From Camelus ferus (Eukaryota), in NCBI RefSeq assembly GCF_009834535.1, contig NC_045697.1, positions 118,668,001 to 118,732,000 on the forward strand: a stretch of DNA of 64,000 nt, written 5' to 3'. Both the position numbers and the translations under genes were made by a program. The notes under the pieces are model-generated. The model was not told where the DNA came from. It searched no databases and worked only from the letters and a program-made list of their open reading frames with translations. Numbering within the stretch: position 1 is the first letter of the stretch; each line of letters starts with the position of its first letter. Shown piece after piece: positions 51,601-64,000 of this stretch.

Positions 51601-54600
51601 GAGGCTTTGTCTCACCCCGTGTCCTGGCTGAGGAGCTGGAGGGCAGGGCTCAGAGTGGGGTGAAGGGCAAGATGTGAGTTGTTGGAGCTGTGGCCCCAGC
51701 CTGACTTCTCACAGCAACCAAGTCAACAGACCCACGCAGTGTTTATAAACAAAGTCATTTAGAATCCAAGAAAACTGTCCAGATGGTGAAGCTGAGGAAC
51801 TTAATTTACAAAGCCAAGAAAGAGTGAAAAAAATCAAGACAAGCCCAAATACAGGAAGAAGAAGGGAAAAAAAAAAAAAAGCTAGGTTGTCATTTTCAGA
51901 ATTCTAAGAAAGGAGCAAGCCACACAAAAAACTTTTCAAAGCGAGTATCAGGCCTGCCTCTGATTTATGTGACAAAGTGACAGTGGAGCTGAAGGGGGAT
52001 GGGAGCCACTCTACCTGCAGAGGTCAGAGGAGGCAAGAGCTGGGGTCTGGATGTTTAGAAGAGATAGCCACGTGGAAACCTGAAAATCAAGCATCTCCAA
52101 AAGGAGACACTGAATGTAGAATCGTAAAACTGAGAACAAGCGGGTGTGTGCCGGCAGCAGGAAAGGAGGTCAGGGTGGCTGGAGCACAGGGAGGAAGGGG
52201 AAGGACGGGCACCGTGTGGGGTTCTGTAGAGTTTACTAAGTGGTTCGGAGCTTACTTTGTTTCTAAAGGAAGCCACAGACTTTTTGGCCTAAGTGACCAG
52301 CAGTGACTGAGGGGAAGACAGTGCAGATGATACGAGACACACACTCTTGACCTCAAACCATCATGGAACAGAGAGAGAGATGGGCAAAGGTGAGACAAGG
52401 GCTTCAGTCATGTTTCTAATAATAAATGCCATTAGGGTTTTGAGTCATGTGATGAGCGTTCATCCTGGGTGAAGGAACAGAGCTCTGGGATTCAGGAGGG
52501 CACTGCCATGAACAGCATGGGCAACAGAACCCTTATTCAGAGAGAGGCCAAGTATTTCAGATCCAGAGGGGGCACAGAAAGTTGTAAGTTTTAGAAATAG
52601 GGACTAACATGATGCTTAATCCCGTGAATAAGTCAACATTTGGGAGGGAAGAAATAACTGTAAATGCAGACCACATGCCTCTTGGTGGCTAACTCTGAAA
52701 TCCAGGGTCCCGGGTGAGATCAACTCTGAAAGAGAAAAGGTGAGGAGAGGAGGGTAGACCGGTGGTAGCTTGAAGTCCTCACCAGTCTGATGTGAGGGCT
52801 CTTACAGAACTGCCCATGTCGGCCAGTAACCGGGACAGAGTGAAGGGCACAGGCAGGAGAGTCTTTAAAGCTTGGGGACCGATGGAGAGAGAGACATGGA
52901 AATAGGGCAGAAGAAAAAGCTGTACTATAAAGCACTGTTTTAAAGAAATGAAACTTACTCAACCACCATATTTGTAAGTTATACAACCAAATACATATTT
53001 CTGCAAAAGAATATTCCTAGGAGCCAGACACTAATTCCAAAAAATGCTTTCGTTTCTCATAGCATCTTCAGAGATCCATTACAAGACACAATCATGTCCA
53101 CACTGACATGAACAGACCTGTCTGGTTTCTTAAGTAGCATTTCTCTTTCTTTGATCTATGACTGAAGACGGGTTCTCAAACCGAACTTACTCAAAAGAAT
53201 AAATATTTGATGCCACTTTTAATTTTTGAAAAAAAAAAAAAAGTTCTTTTAAGTTTCAAGACATTTTCAAAATTGTTTGGGCATGACACAATCTCAAAGC
53301 ATGGGGTTCCAAAGAACTACAGAAAACTTTTCTTCTGTTCATCTATGAAGCTTCTTGACAATGCATCTGAAAAATGTAATATACAAATTCAAACACTAAC
53401 CAGTTCCTTACAAGCTGGTTTGAAATCAATATTCATTAGTATGTTGAAATACTGTGAACATATTTATATTTGCATATTTACACATATCTTGTTTTTTCAT
53501 AATTAAGCAGTTGAGTGAAATTAATCTAACTAGTAGACAGTTAAAGCTAAGGATTTCCTTATTTCTAGAATTGTCTTGATTGTATTAAGTTTTATCATTT
53601 GTATCACATTTCCACTTACCCATGTGTTAGTCCTTCTTAAGTAAGGAAAGTAGAAAATGCGTAAGTAATGGTATGAACACGGCCGTGCAGGTTAGGATGG
53701 CAGACTGCAGCACAGTGAGCCTGCAGACAGGCTGTCCAGAGCCAGTACATCAGTGCCACCCATGGTTCCTACTGTCCTGCCACAGAGCTCCCACCCTCCC
53801 TGCCCTCTCCCAGTCCAGGATGGCCGCAGGGACTGGAGCTCCCTGTCAGAGCTGCAGATCAGGTGGAAGGGGAAAGCCAGGAGAACCAAGCAAGTACCCC
53901 TTTTAGAAGTAGATTCTCTATAAGCAGGTTTTCCAGAAATCTTCTGTTTGTCTCTTTATGTCTCCAGGCCAGAACTTAGCCATATGATTACAAGCTGAAA
54001 AGGAGTCCAGTTAGAAATTGATTTGTCAAACTAAGGAAGAAGATGGTGGTAGTGGAGCATGGATATTGGCGGGGGGGCAACCAGAAGCCTCTGCCAAAAC
54101 TGGTTTTATCTCCTTAGGGTACTTTTGTGCCACGGCCTCCATCTTCAATTTTCTTAGACCATCCAGACAGAACCAGTAATTTTCTCCATGACATGGTTAG
54201 TTCTCTCATTTTTGAACAGAACCTGAGGATGATTTAGGACATTGTCATTTAATTTGCAAAATTATGATATTGGGAGCTTGATCTTCAAGTAAACAACAGC
54301 TATTTAAATATTTTGTAGGACTTTTCTTACTGAAGGAGCTCTTTGTATAATGCAACCAAACACCTGGCTCACTAGAAAGGACACTGAAGAAGGCACCCAA
54401 AAATGATGCTTTGGAGTTAAAGTTGGTTAAATCCCAGTCAAATCAGTTTGCTCTCATACATCTGTTTAACATGTTCATGCTGGAGAAATTCCAAAGCTTT
54501 TATACTAGTAAACATTGGTGGAAATAACTTGGGAAGCACAACTTCCTTTTGTTATGTCATTACTTAGCAAAGATGCTTTTGTAGAATTTGCTTGACACAC

Positions 54601-54636
54601 TGATAACTTTGCAAACCCACCTCTTGGCTGTGTGAA

Positions 54637-54770
54637 NNNNNNNNNNNNNNNNNNNNNNNNNNNNNNNNNNNNNNNNNNNNNNNNNNNNNNNNNNNNNNNN
54701 NNNNNNNNNNNNNNNNNNNNNNNNNNNNNNNNNNNNNNNNNNNNNNNNNNNNNNNNNNNNNNNNNNNNNN
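54637..54770. other. Assembly gap (134 N)
   Basis: Run of N in the sequence. Confidence 1.
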
Positions 54771-55565
54771 TGTACCGTTTCCAACAGCAGCTGCACCATT
54801 TTACATTCCCACCACCAGTGCACCTGCTCGCATTTCTCCACAGCCTCACCCATACCTGTTAGATCTGTTTTTCAGATTTTGCTTGTTCGGTTTTTCTGTG
54901 TTTGTTTCTTTTTGTCACGGCCATTCTAACAAGCACGAAGTGATATTTCATTGTACTTTTAAGTTACACTTTTTGATGATTAATGTTGTTGAGCATATTT
55001 CATATGCCTTTTGGCCATTTTTATGACTTCTTTGGAGAAATGTCTACCCAAATCCTCTGCCCATTTAAAAAAATGAGATTATTAGAGTTTTTTATTTGTG
55101 TTTTGTTTTTACTGTTGAGTTGCAGAAGTTCCTTACATACTTTGGGGATTAACATCTTATCGGATTTATTGTTTGGAAATATGTTTTCTACTTTGTAGGT
55201 TTCCTTTGCTGTGCAGAAGTTGCTCTTGTTGTTGTCAGCTTGATATAGACCCACGGGTCTATTTTGCTTTTGATGCCTGAGCTTTTGGTGTCATATTCAT
55301 GAAGTCATTGTCAAGGCCATGAAACTTCCCCTCTGTTTTCCTCTAGAAGTTGCATGGTTTCAGGTTTTATGATTGAGCCTTGAATTAATTTTGAGTTGAT
55401 TTTTGTGTATAGTGTAAGATGAGGGTCCCCATCATTGTCTTGCACACGGACATCAGTTTTCACAGCACCACGTGCTGAAGAGACCATCCTGTACCCAGCA
55501 AGCACTCTTGTCAGAGGTGAATTGACCGTATACGCATGGGTTTATTTCAGGACTCCATCCTGTTC
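54771..55565 (-). mobile_element. L1 (L1MA-type) late ORF2 segment, inverted relative to the adjacent 3' end
   Basis: Antisense L1 ORF2: peptide EKCEQVHWWWECKMVQLLLETV, and gctgtgcagaagttgctc, tttggtgtcatattc. Confidence 0.88.
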
Positions 55566-55574
55566 CTTTGCAGA

Positions 55575-56045
55575 ATTATGCACAGTAGCTGTGATGTGGA
55601 AACAACCTAAATGTCCATCAGAAGATGAGTGGATAAAGAAAATATGATATATACATCCCATAGAATATCATTGAGTCATAAAAAAGAAGGAAATCTTACC
55701 ATACACAACATCCTGAAAGAAACTCGAGGACAATATGTTAAGTGAAATAAGCCCATTACAGAAGGACAAATACTGCATGATTCCATTTATATGAGGCATA
55801 CGTTTAAAATAGTCAAACCTGTAGAAGCAGAAAGTGGAATGATGGCTGCCAGGGGCTGGGGAGAGGGTGAAGTGGGCAGGTGCTTTCCAATGGGCATAAA
55901 CTTTCAATTACATCAGATACATATAAGCTTTAGAGATCCGGTGAGCAATACTGTGATATTGTCAGCAATACTGTTTTATGTACTTGTTAAGATGGTAGAT
56001 TTCATGTTATTTATTCTTACCTCAATCAGGAAAAGAAAAAGAAAT
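55575..56045 (+). mobile_element. L1 (L1MA-type) ORF2 end, 3' UTR and A-rich tail
   Basis: gtggaaacaacctaaatgtccatcagaagatgagtggataaagaaaat...agaaggacaaatactgcatgattcca...aaagaaaaagaaa. Confidence 0.88.
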
Positions 56046-56958
56046 TGCAAAATACACACATTAATATTTGAATTTAGAACTTACTCAGATTAGTTTCCAA
56101 TCATTGTGTTTTACTTCCAGAGAGCCAGTTACCTACAGATAGCAGGACTCTCTGAAATTACAATCTGAGAACAGAAAACATCAAACAAGAAAGATATTAG
56201 AGCAACCATAAAAGAATGTTTCTAAAGCTAATAAAAATTAGTCAAAACAAAATATACGATTACATGAAATCTTAGGTACAATTTTTGATCATGAAATTAA
56301 GACTGCTTGCTAAGAGATACATAAAAAAAATGACATTGTAAAGGAGTTTTTAATCTAAAATTTTAGTTGTCTGAAACCTGAATCTAAGTTCCTATTCCTA
56401 TAGTTTTCCTTGTGGTTCAGGTTTTAAGACTCCTTATACCTAAAGAAAGTTAGCTTAAGTTACAGTGTTTTGAGCTGAGTGCTGAACTGTGTTTTCAGTG
56501 GAATTCAAATGCTAATGTGAACTGAAAATGTTGAAGTATAATGTCTGGCAAGTAACACAATTAGCGCAACTCCCAGAGGAAAGTCGTCAAACCAACATGA
56601 CATCATGCATTTCAAGGTGTCATTAGAAAAAGATTTCATATGCTTGTTGTCTCAAGAGTTTTGCCCTCATCACACAAAACGGCCCTGAGATATCAAAAGG
56701 GCACTGAAATCTCAAGAGTACATAGTCACAAGCAGTAACATTTTAACTGCAAATCACATCTAGTAGCAATAAGTTACATGTCTAATAATAAAAGAAAGCG
56801 ATAGAATAAAAAATACGATTTGAATGATTGCCTAAAAAATATTCTCTTCAAATAGAACCAGAGCAAAAAATAGTCATGCCCTGCTCAAAGTCTATAACAC
56901 AGATGAGAAATTTGGGCCAAGAACGGCTTTCACCTTCCAGGACCTAGACAAAAGCGGC

Positions 56959-57412
56959 ATGATGGTTAATTTTATGTGCCAACTCCACTGGCTGAGAGAT
57001 GCCCCAGGAGCTGGTGCAACATTGTTTCCGGGTGTGAAGGTGATGGTGCTCCCAGAGGAGGTGAGCCTTTCAACAGAGGACTGAGAAAAGCTCGCTGTCA
57101 CCAATGCGAGGGGATGTCATCCAACCCACTGAGGGCTTGAGGAGAAGGAGGTGGACGAAGGGCAAATTGTCTCTCTGCCTGAGCTGAGGCGTCTGTCTTC
57201 TCCTGCCCTGGGACTCAGGCCCCCTGGGTCTCTGGCTTTTGGACTGGACTGAATTGCACCAAAGGCCCTCCTGCTTCTCCAGCTCGCAGACAGCAGATCT
57301 AGCAGCATTTGGCCTCCATAATCATGCACACAAATTTCTATAATAGATCTCCTGTTGCACGTAGCTCTGTATCGCCCATCGGCTCTGTTTCTCTGCAGAG
57401 GCCTGAATAATA
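56959..57412 (+). mobile_element. MLT2 (ERVL) solo LTR
   Basis: Starts tgatggttaattttatgtgccaact and ends ctgtttctctgcagaggcctgaataata, both MLT2 termini. Confidence 0.85.
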
Positions 57413-57492
57413 CCCTTAATAAACCAGATTTACTATTTGTTGTTGTCTTCATGTTAACTACAACTACATACAAAGCAATAGTTTAGCGTACT

Positions 57493-57944
57493 TGTTACCA
57501 AGTCCAAACTCATTCCATTCGCCACACAGCAGGCCAATAAATCAGGAGACAAGGTGTTGGGGCAAGAAACACTGACTTTATTTGGAAAGCTGGCAGACCG
57601 AGAGGATGGCAGACTAATGTCCTGGAGAACCATCCTGCTGCAGTCAGAATACAGGCTCCTTTATGCAAACAAACAAACAAAGAACACCCACAAAAACAGG
57701 GGAGGGGGTGTAGTTGGTTGTTGCAAACTTCTTGCTGCAGGCATTCTGTGTCCTTGCAGCCGTCCATGTGGGCCAGGCCATGGTGTCCCTGTAAGCCTCC
57801 AACAAAACAAAGGTTATTCTCTGTTCTGCAACTTTGTTATCTTTACATCAGTGCAGCACTGGCAAGACCAAGCCTAGGAAACAGGGCCCAGGGTTAGAGC
57901 CAGAGGAGCAGGTCTCACTGTCAGATTGGTTCTCCTCTATTACA
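57493..57944 (-). mobile_element. ERV1-like solo LTR with perfect 4-bp TSD (TACT)
   Basis: tact at 57489-57492 and 57945-57948; reverse complement aligns end to end with 38387-38906. Confidence 0.92.
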
Positions 57945-59328
57945 TACTCATCGTTTGTGCCATTTTAATGCTTACAAATGAACTTACTTATATATTTATG
58001 AAGTCCACAACAGCTATGAACCAAGGCATCCTCCTTTTTTAAGTGTTAGCAGGGTGGGGGAGCAGCTCGGATGGGCACACATGCTTCCTGCGGATACAAG
58101 GCAACTCAAGGCCTCCACGTTCCTTCTCCCATTCTCATATTTACAAAAGAACACTTAGGACAACTAAAAGAAAATAAACGTCATTTTAAAATGAATGTAG
58201 GTGTGCTTAATGGAAGCTGAGCTCTGTGTGTTTGTGTGTGTGCTGTGTATTTACCACTTCTACCTAATGAGAGCTGAGTGATAAATCGAGCTATCCTGAA
58301 GCATTTACTTCTGCAGATGGAAGAAAAAACCCTCAAGCTAATTTAAGAGGAGTTAGCCTTATTGTTTACAATGAGACAGAACTCTCAAAGTTCTTAACAG
58401 CATTGGTTTCTCCATGACTCCTTGTATGAGGCAATCAAATCATCATCAACGGAATGTCTCCAATGAGGAAACCAGATCAAAGAGGTCAAATAGCTCCTCT
58501 CGAACCACATGGCTCCGAAGCAGAGCATCGGCTCCAAGGCCAGAGAGCCTGGCCCCGAGTCATTCCAGACTTTCCACCCAGAGTTCTGTGTTTTGGAAGA
58601 AACGACGTTTGACCTCATATGAATCACCAGCAAAGTGCTTAAAACCTGGAAGAAGGTAAGGGCCAACAAAATTTAAATAAATCATAGCCCAGAAATATAG
58701 CAACAACTTTGTCAAAGCATCAAATACTTGGTGGCTCTTTCTTTCCTCTAGGGCTTCTCCTGGAGGAGTTCGTGTTCAGGTGACGAGGAAGGCTTTGAAA
58801 TAGCTTAAACTTGTCCAGCTTTGCTCCCACCCAGAACAACTGTCAACAGAATCATTCCTACCATGCCAGTTGGTACAGTTCTGCTCGGGGAGAGAGGACA
58901 CACAAATGTGTGAAGTGTGACAATTGGTTTCAGTAAATGAGGACGTTGGGCCTGAAGTGGACTGGAGCCCCAGTCCCACCAGCAGATAACCCAGAACTAG
59001 CCATGCTCCCCACGGCGCCCTCACAGTCCAGGGTGAGTCCCACATAGCAGTCTGTGTGGCTGCTCTGCTGGAGCGCGCCACGCCTGCAGCTGCTTCTCAG
59101 GAGAATATTCCCAGCTTTCCATCTTACATGATTGTAACATCAAGACTTCTGGGGAAATGAGTCCGTTTTAAGATCTTCTTTGTGTGTTTAGATCCATATC
59201 CAGCTAGCCTGTGTGTACGCGCTGACAAATTCTGTCATAATGTGACCAGTAAGCCCCAGGGGCACACGCCACAGTAAACCTTCATTTGGGGTCGTGTATC
59301 CACAAGTTGTCTGGCTGGTTCTAGGGGT

Positions 59329-59480
59329 CTAGTAGATCCAGCAATGCTCAGTCACTTGGCCATAGTCAGCGTCAGTTAGCCGGGGAGCTTTCCAGATCTC
59401 AGGTAGACGTTCTTTCATACTGAAGGTCTGGGATGTCTGACCAGGTCTCATCCTCCAGCCGGCTGGTCGGAGGATATTTT
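59329..59480 (-). other. Candidate exon (coding portion to stop) of an unidentified minus-strand transcript
   Basis: Pyrimidine-rich acceptor ttttctctttctttcttccatccttgccgag|A; phase-1 frame open for 50 codons to TAG. Confidence 0.2.
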
Positions 59481-61554
59481 CTCGGCAAGGATGGAAGAAA
59501 GAAAGAGAAAATGAGCATGGGAGATGGGGAGACCTCTTGAGGCTGAGTCTCAAAGCTGCCACGTTGTCACTTCCGCCACTTGTACTTGGCCAAAGCAAGT
59601 CATACATTCAGGCCAAATTCAAGGAACATAAAAACAGATTCCATTTCATGACGGGAAATCAGAAAAATCCCATTGCTGAGAACTGGGAGCTGGCCAGGAG
59701 TGGGATGGCATCGGAAATTGGGACCATTTTCACAATCTATCTAGCACACCTGGGGACCTGAAGCCCAGCACTCAATGCGTGTTCCTTCTGAAGGTGTCAC
59801 AGCTCCAAGTCCCAGCTGGCCCAGAGTAGTGCCCTGCTCTCCATTCCTCTCCATCCCTCATGGTACCCACCACCATGCTCATCTTTGGCCTTTCTCCCTG
59901 ACATCCTTCATCCAAAGATGTTTCCTGTGTCCAACATCAAAATTAACATATCTCAAAACAGAAGGGCACTGGCACTGTCAGAACGGATGCCTGGCAATCA
60001 AAACAGACACCGCTGGTGAGCAGCCCTCCCTGCTTTATGTCTGCACATCAGGCCACAGTTTCCCCCAGCAAAGCTCATCAGAGCTGCCTGTCCTGGACAC
60101 AAGCCCACCACGTCTCTGAAATATTTGAGGCACCGTTTCTTTTGCCTCACGTGGACATGCTCCAGTTAGCCCACTGATGATGTGAAATTCAGCACTATAT
60201 TGTCTATGTGCACCAGTGCATTTTTCTAAAGAAAAGGTCTATAATTTCCCCTGTATCCTTGAAAAAGAGACTGTGACTCAGAAAAGCTAAGAGCCACCAC
60301 TTACTTGGGTTAAGCTGATAAATAAGTCATCATACTAAAATGCTAGAGAGCAGAGTACACTTCACTTTTCAAAAGAGCACTCTCAGGTTCTGTGACAGGT
60401 TATATAATTGATGTCACTTAGGGGCATTTTAAGGACCAAAGGGTGGCAGCTGCTAGACAGGTAAATTTGCAGGACTGAATCTGACATTTCTGGAGCTCTG
60501 TTTTTCCAGAAATGTCGCTGGTGAGAGGGAGAGCCAGTATTAGCCTTAAAAATATTTCCAACCTGGTAACTCACAAGGAGTTAAATTTCATAGGAATTTG
60601 ATGATAGAAAAGTACAAACCTACTCCACGCCTCAGAGATTTATTGGTCACTGAAAATGAATTTACTAAGTTGTTCCTGAGAGATTTGCATCGGGACAGGG
60701 TAACCTGAACAGGAGGCTCACTGAGGACCAGCAGAGAAGAGAAAGGACCTCACGGGACTTGAATCCACCAGCCAGACATCATCACTTCCCTTCCATACAG
60801 AGAACATGCGCAATGATTAAGCTCAAACCCACCGTGATCATGCCAACCACAGTCCTTGCGTGCCTTTTACTAATCACATCATGACAAAGGCAAAACTTGG
60901 ATTCCATGAAGAACTTCATTTACTTCTTAGTCAAGGACAGACACTTTCCAGGAACCTGGAGGGGGCAAGTCTGAACAGACTGAGATCAGAACAGACACAT
61001 TGCTGCCTGGTCTTGCTTTTGGACAGAAAAATAGAGTGAGGGAAGAAGCATTTTTGGTGATGAAAAACATCAGAAGAATAGAGGTGCCTTGGAAATTAGT
61101 CTTAGAACTTATACCATTATAATTAAGTAGCTTTCACAAAATGTCACTTGTCACCAATCAGTGTCTAATTTTATCTTTATATCATAAGACTCAGAAGTAA
61201 CTTTTAGCTTAGTTTTATACTTTTTTGTAGCTACCTCATGGTGAAGTCGATATCTGGGTCTGCCATTTCTGGACTTCAACCCAACAATATTACCAGCCTG
61301 GTGGGCAGCTGTTCTCTCTTCTTTCTCCCACGAAACGGTGTCAGAAGGTCATGATCATTTCTCTTTCCCAAGAAGCCATATCAATGATTGGCCCACATCC
61401 TCCCCATCAACAAACAGCCATTGCCTTTGTTATTAATCCCTTTGGTTAACCCTGTTGTTTCCCTCCTTCCAAGGAGAAGATACAGGCTTGTAGACATCCT
61501 AACCCACTATCTACATCACTTCAGTATAAGTAGATCTCTAGTCAAACAAAACGG

Positions 61555-61693
61555 TCTTTTAGCTCAGAGTGAAAAAGAAAATGTGACAATGAATATACGT
61601 ATGTTCATATATAACTGAAAAATTGTGCGCTACACTGGAATTGGACACAACATTGTAAAATGACTATTACTCAATTGAAAATGTTAAAAAAAA
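61555..61693 (+). mobile_element. Young camelid-type L1 3' end, short
   Basis: tagctcagagtgaaaaagaaaatgtgacaatgaatatacgtatgttcatatataactgaaaaattgtgcgctacactgg, the same subtype as 47905-48120. Confidence 0.88.
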
Positions 61694-62554
61694 CTTTTAA
61701 AGGGGGCAGCTTAATTTTCTTCCTACTATGGAGAAACAAAATCATGCAAAAACATTGCAGTAATAACAAACAAAGAAAAATATCTAACAAATATGGACCA
61801 GAATGCAGTCGCTACTTTAAACTGAGTCTTCCCTGATATTATAGAAAGGCTGCTAACATTTTTCAACCACCTCTTTTAAATAAATCTCTTGTATTCATCT
61901 GTGTGTGTGTGGGGGGGGTGTTAAACAACAGAAGAGAGTATTGTGAAATTGCTTGAAACTAGAAAAGAAGGACAAAAAGTACACAAATACTTGCAATGAA
62001 CAAGACATCAGGTGCGTCATATATGTTATTTTATTTTCTACGCAGAAAAACTGATTTTACATAGGACTACATTTCCAAGACTAAATTTAACAACCCACTC
62101 AAAGTCTCCATTGCTGGATTTTAAAGAAAGGATTTAAACACAGAGATGCTTGACTATAAAAACAGCATGCCAAACCTCTGCTCTCACATGGTAGCTTTTG
62201 AATTCTCAGACAAAAGCAGAGGAAAGGAAATCAAAACTATAGGCAAGATGCTTTAATGAACATGACTAAAATCAGGACCATAAAATATTTTTAAAATGCT
62301 GAAAGTGAGGTTTAAAAAAAAAACAAAAACTATAGCTTTCCCCAGGGTCTGTTTGAATCCCAGAGGATTTTTTCCTGTCCTTTTTCCCTGCGAAGGAAAA
62401 ACAGTCTGTGAGCCAGTATTTACCTCTCATTTTGAATCTATCAGCAACAGCTTGTCTTTTTACACTTGTGTCCTTGAAAATGTTCTTCAAGCCTTACCAT
62501 CTTTTTCAAAGTCTGTCTCTTAATTTGTGGCTCAAATGCAGAAGCAGAACTTAC

Positions 62555-62666
62555 CCTTGAGAAAACATTCAGAGCCATCTCTTAATTTAGGGCATAAATC
62601 AGAACCCAGCAGAGCTACCCATGACTGTCCAGCGTACAACTCAGCTTTGCGTATCGGGCCAGCAAG
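62555..62666 (-). other. Candidate 112-nt internal exon
   Basis: ttatgaattcag|CTTGCT...CTCAAGG|gtaagt; consensus donor, modest acceptor, only frame 0 is open. Confidence 0.22.
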
Positions 62667-63639
62667 CTGAATTCATAATAATAATGAGAAATAATAATTC
62701 TCCTAAAATCTCATAAAAGTGAAAGAGAAGACTTGAAAAGTCAAAAATTCTTCTTATGTTTAGAGGCATCAATGGATTCAATTTACAACACTGCAAGAAA
62801 TTTTTAGTATGTATCCAAACATTTTAAATAATTAAATCATGGTTTTTCATGTTGCCTAACACTTGGCTGGTGCCCACAGTGCACTAATCTCCTTAGAGGG
62901 CCAAGGAAACCAAGGGCAATGGTCTCCTACCGCTAATCCACAGGGAAGGTTTCCATTTTTACCGTAATACACTGTGAGGAGTAAATTGCAGATTCGCCAT
63001 CACTGAGCAAACAACGTGAAATGATGTGTTCAAACAAAGAAGATGAAATTAGGGAGAAACGCATGAGTGAGTATATAGCCCTAAATTTAGGTCACAGAAC
63101 CTCCTGGATAAATCTAGAGTGAGGAACAGTAGTCTAAGAGTAGGGCTTGTGACAAAGAATTAGAGAGGTTTTATTTTAGGTTTACAGTAAGTCCCTGTAG
63201 TGAATAAGCTCTCAGAAAAGGAAATGAAATTTCAGGCCTTATTAATAAAGGTACAGGATGAGTGTAAGCCACACCCCGCCTGTGGCTGAGGACCCCGCCT
63301 GCTAGATGTGCTGTTCTCTGGAAGGACACAGTGACCACTCAGAAAATTCCCATATGGAGAATGAGCAAAGGACATGAGAATTAAGCTAATCTATACGAGT
63401 GTCCATAACATGAAAATAAGGACCACTGCCCTCAAACATTTGAAGGACCTCCACCTAGAAGAAGAAGTAAAATTACTTTCTATGGGCAAGAGAAACAAAC
63501 CTCAGGGTGGAAATCGTAGCCAGGCTAATTCTGACTTAAAATATGCAAAAATCTCTTATGTTAGTCATACAAGAGACCCAATTGCCCACAGGTTATTGTC
63601 TTAGACTTCAGGGGCTGCAGGAAGAGAGACAGTGCTTAC

Positions 63640-63702
63640 ATCTGATGGGGGAGCATGTCTCCCTGGCTCTGCTGTGGCTGCAGAAAGGGCTGAGCCAGGT
63701 GT
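63640..63702 (-). other. Candidate 63-nt internal exon
   Basis: cctcttctccctttgctttattcttctag|ACACC...CAGAT|gtaagc; strong acceptor and good donor. Confidence 0.28.
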
Positions 63703-64000
63703 CTAGAAGAATAAAGCAAAGGGAGAAGAGGACGCCAACTTGCAAATGTGACTTAAAAACAAGAATGTGTATAGGAGTAAGTTCTTAATCATAATAACAC
63801 AAATCCCCTAGGACACATGTTTTAAGGGCACAGTGAACATTCTCTTTGGTTCCGTGTTTGTGCCTGCACAGTCTTTGTGAACACAGAAATTCTGAAATCA
63901 CAAAGTGAAGCTTCTGTTCATTGCCTTTTTGCTTCGAAAGTTTCTACAATACAGTGATTAGGGTTCGTTGAACAACCACGGTCTCCCTTTTGACACATAT

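Noticed and set aside
38424-57877. Similar ORFs containing GGVVGCCKLLAAGILC at 38424-38777 and 57554-57877
   Set aside because: Both are translations of the same LTR family, not paralogous genes.
1-64000. Prokaryotic systems (operons, CRISPR arrays, defence islands, IS elements)
   Set aside because: The sequence is mammalian (SINE/LINE/LTR content, microsatellites, low coding density); no regularly spaced repeat-spacer array or long gene-like ORF exists.

Overview
Eukaryotic, mammalian DNA, most likely camelid (alpaca/llama/camel), judged from two Vic-1-type tRNA-derived SINEs and artiodactyl/camelid-type L1 3' ends. The window is an intronic or intergenic, repeat-rich region with two N-gaps. 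I recognise no known protein-coding gene, RNA gene, CRISPR array or prokaryotic feature, and the ORF track is explained mostly by chance and by repeats. Supported content: old and young LINE-1 pieces (one with twin-priming 5' inversion geometry, one nested in an MLT1), MaLR/ERVL/ERV1-like solo LTRs, a MER58A, L2/MIR remnants, microsatellites and a 21-bp minisatellite. The most unusual observations are a perfect 53-bp direct repeat 1.9 kb apart with a fold-back junction, an inverted pair of same-family solo LTRs differing by a 90-bp microhomology-bounded indel, and several phase-compatible minus-strand exon candidates that may belong to an unannotated transcript (speculative). I found no convincing evidence of a new biological system. 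Repeat family names come from remembered consensus sequences, not a database search, and repeat boundaries without TSDs are approximate.
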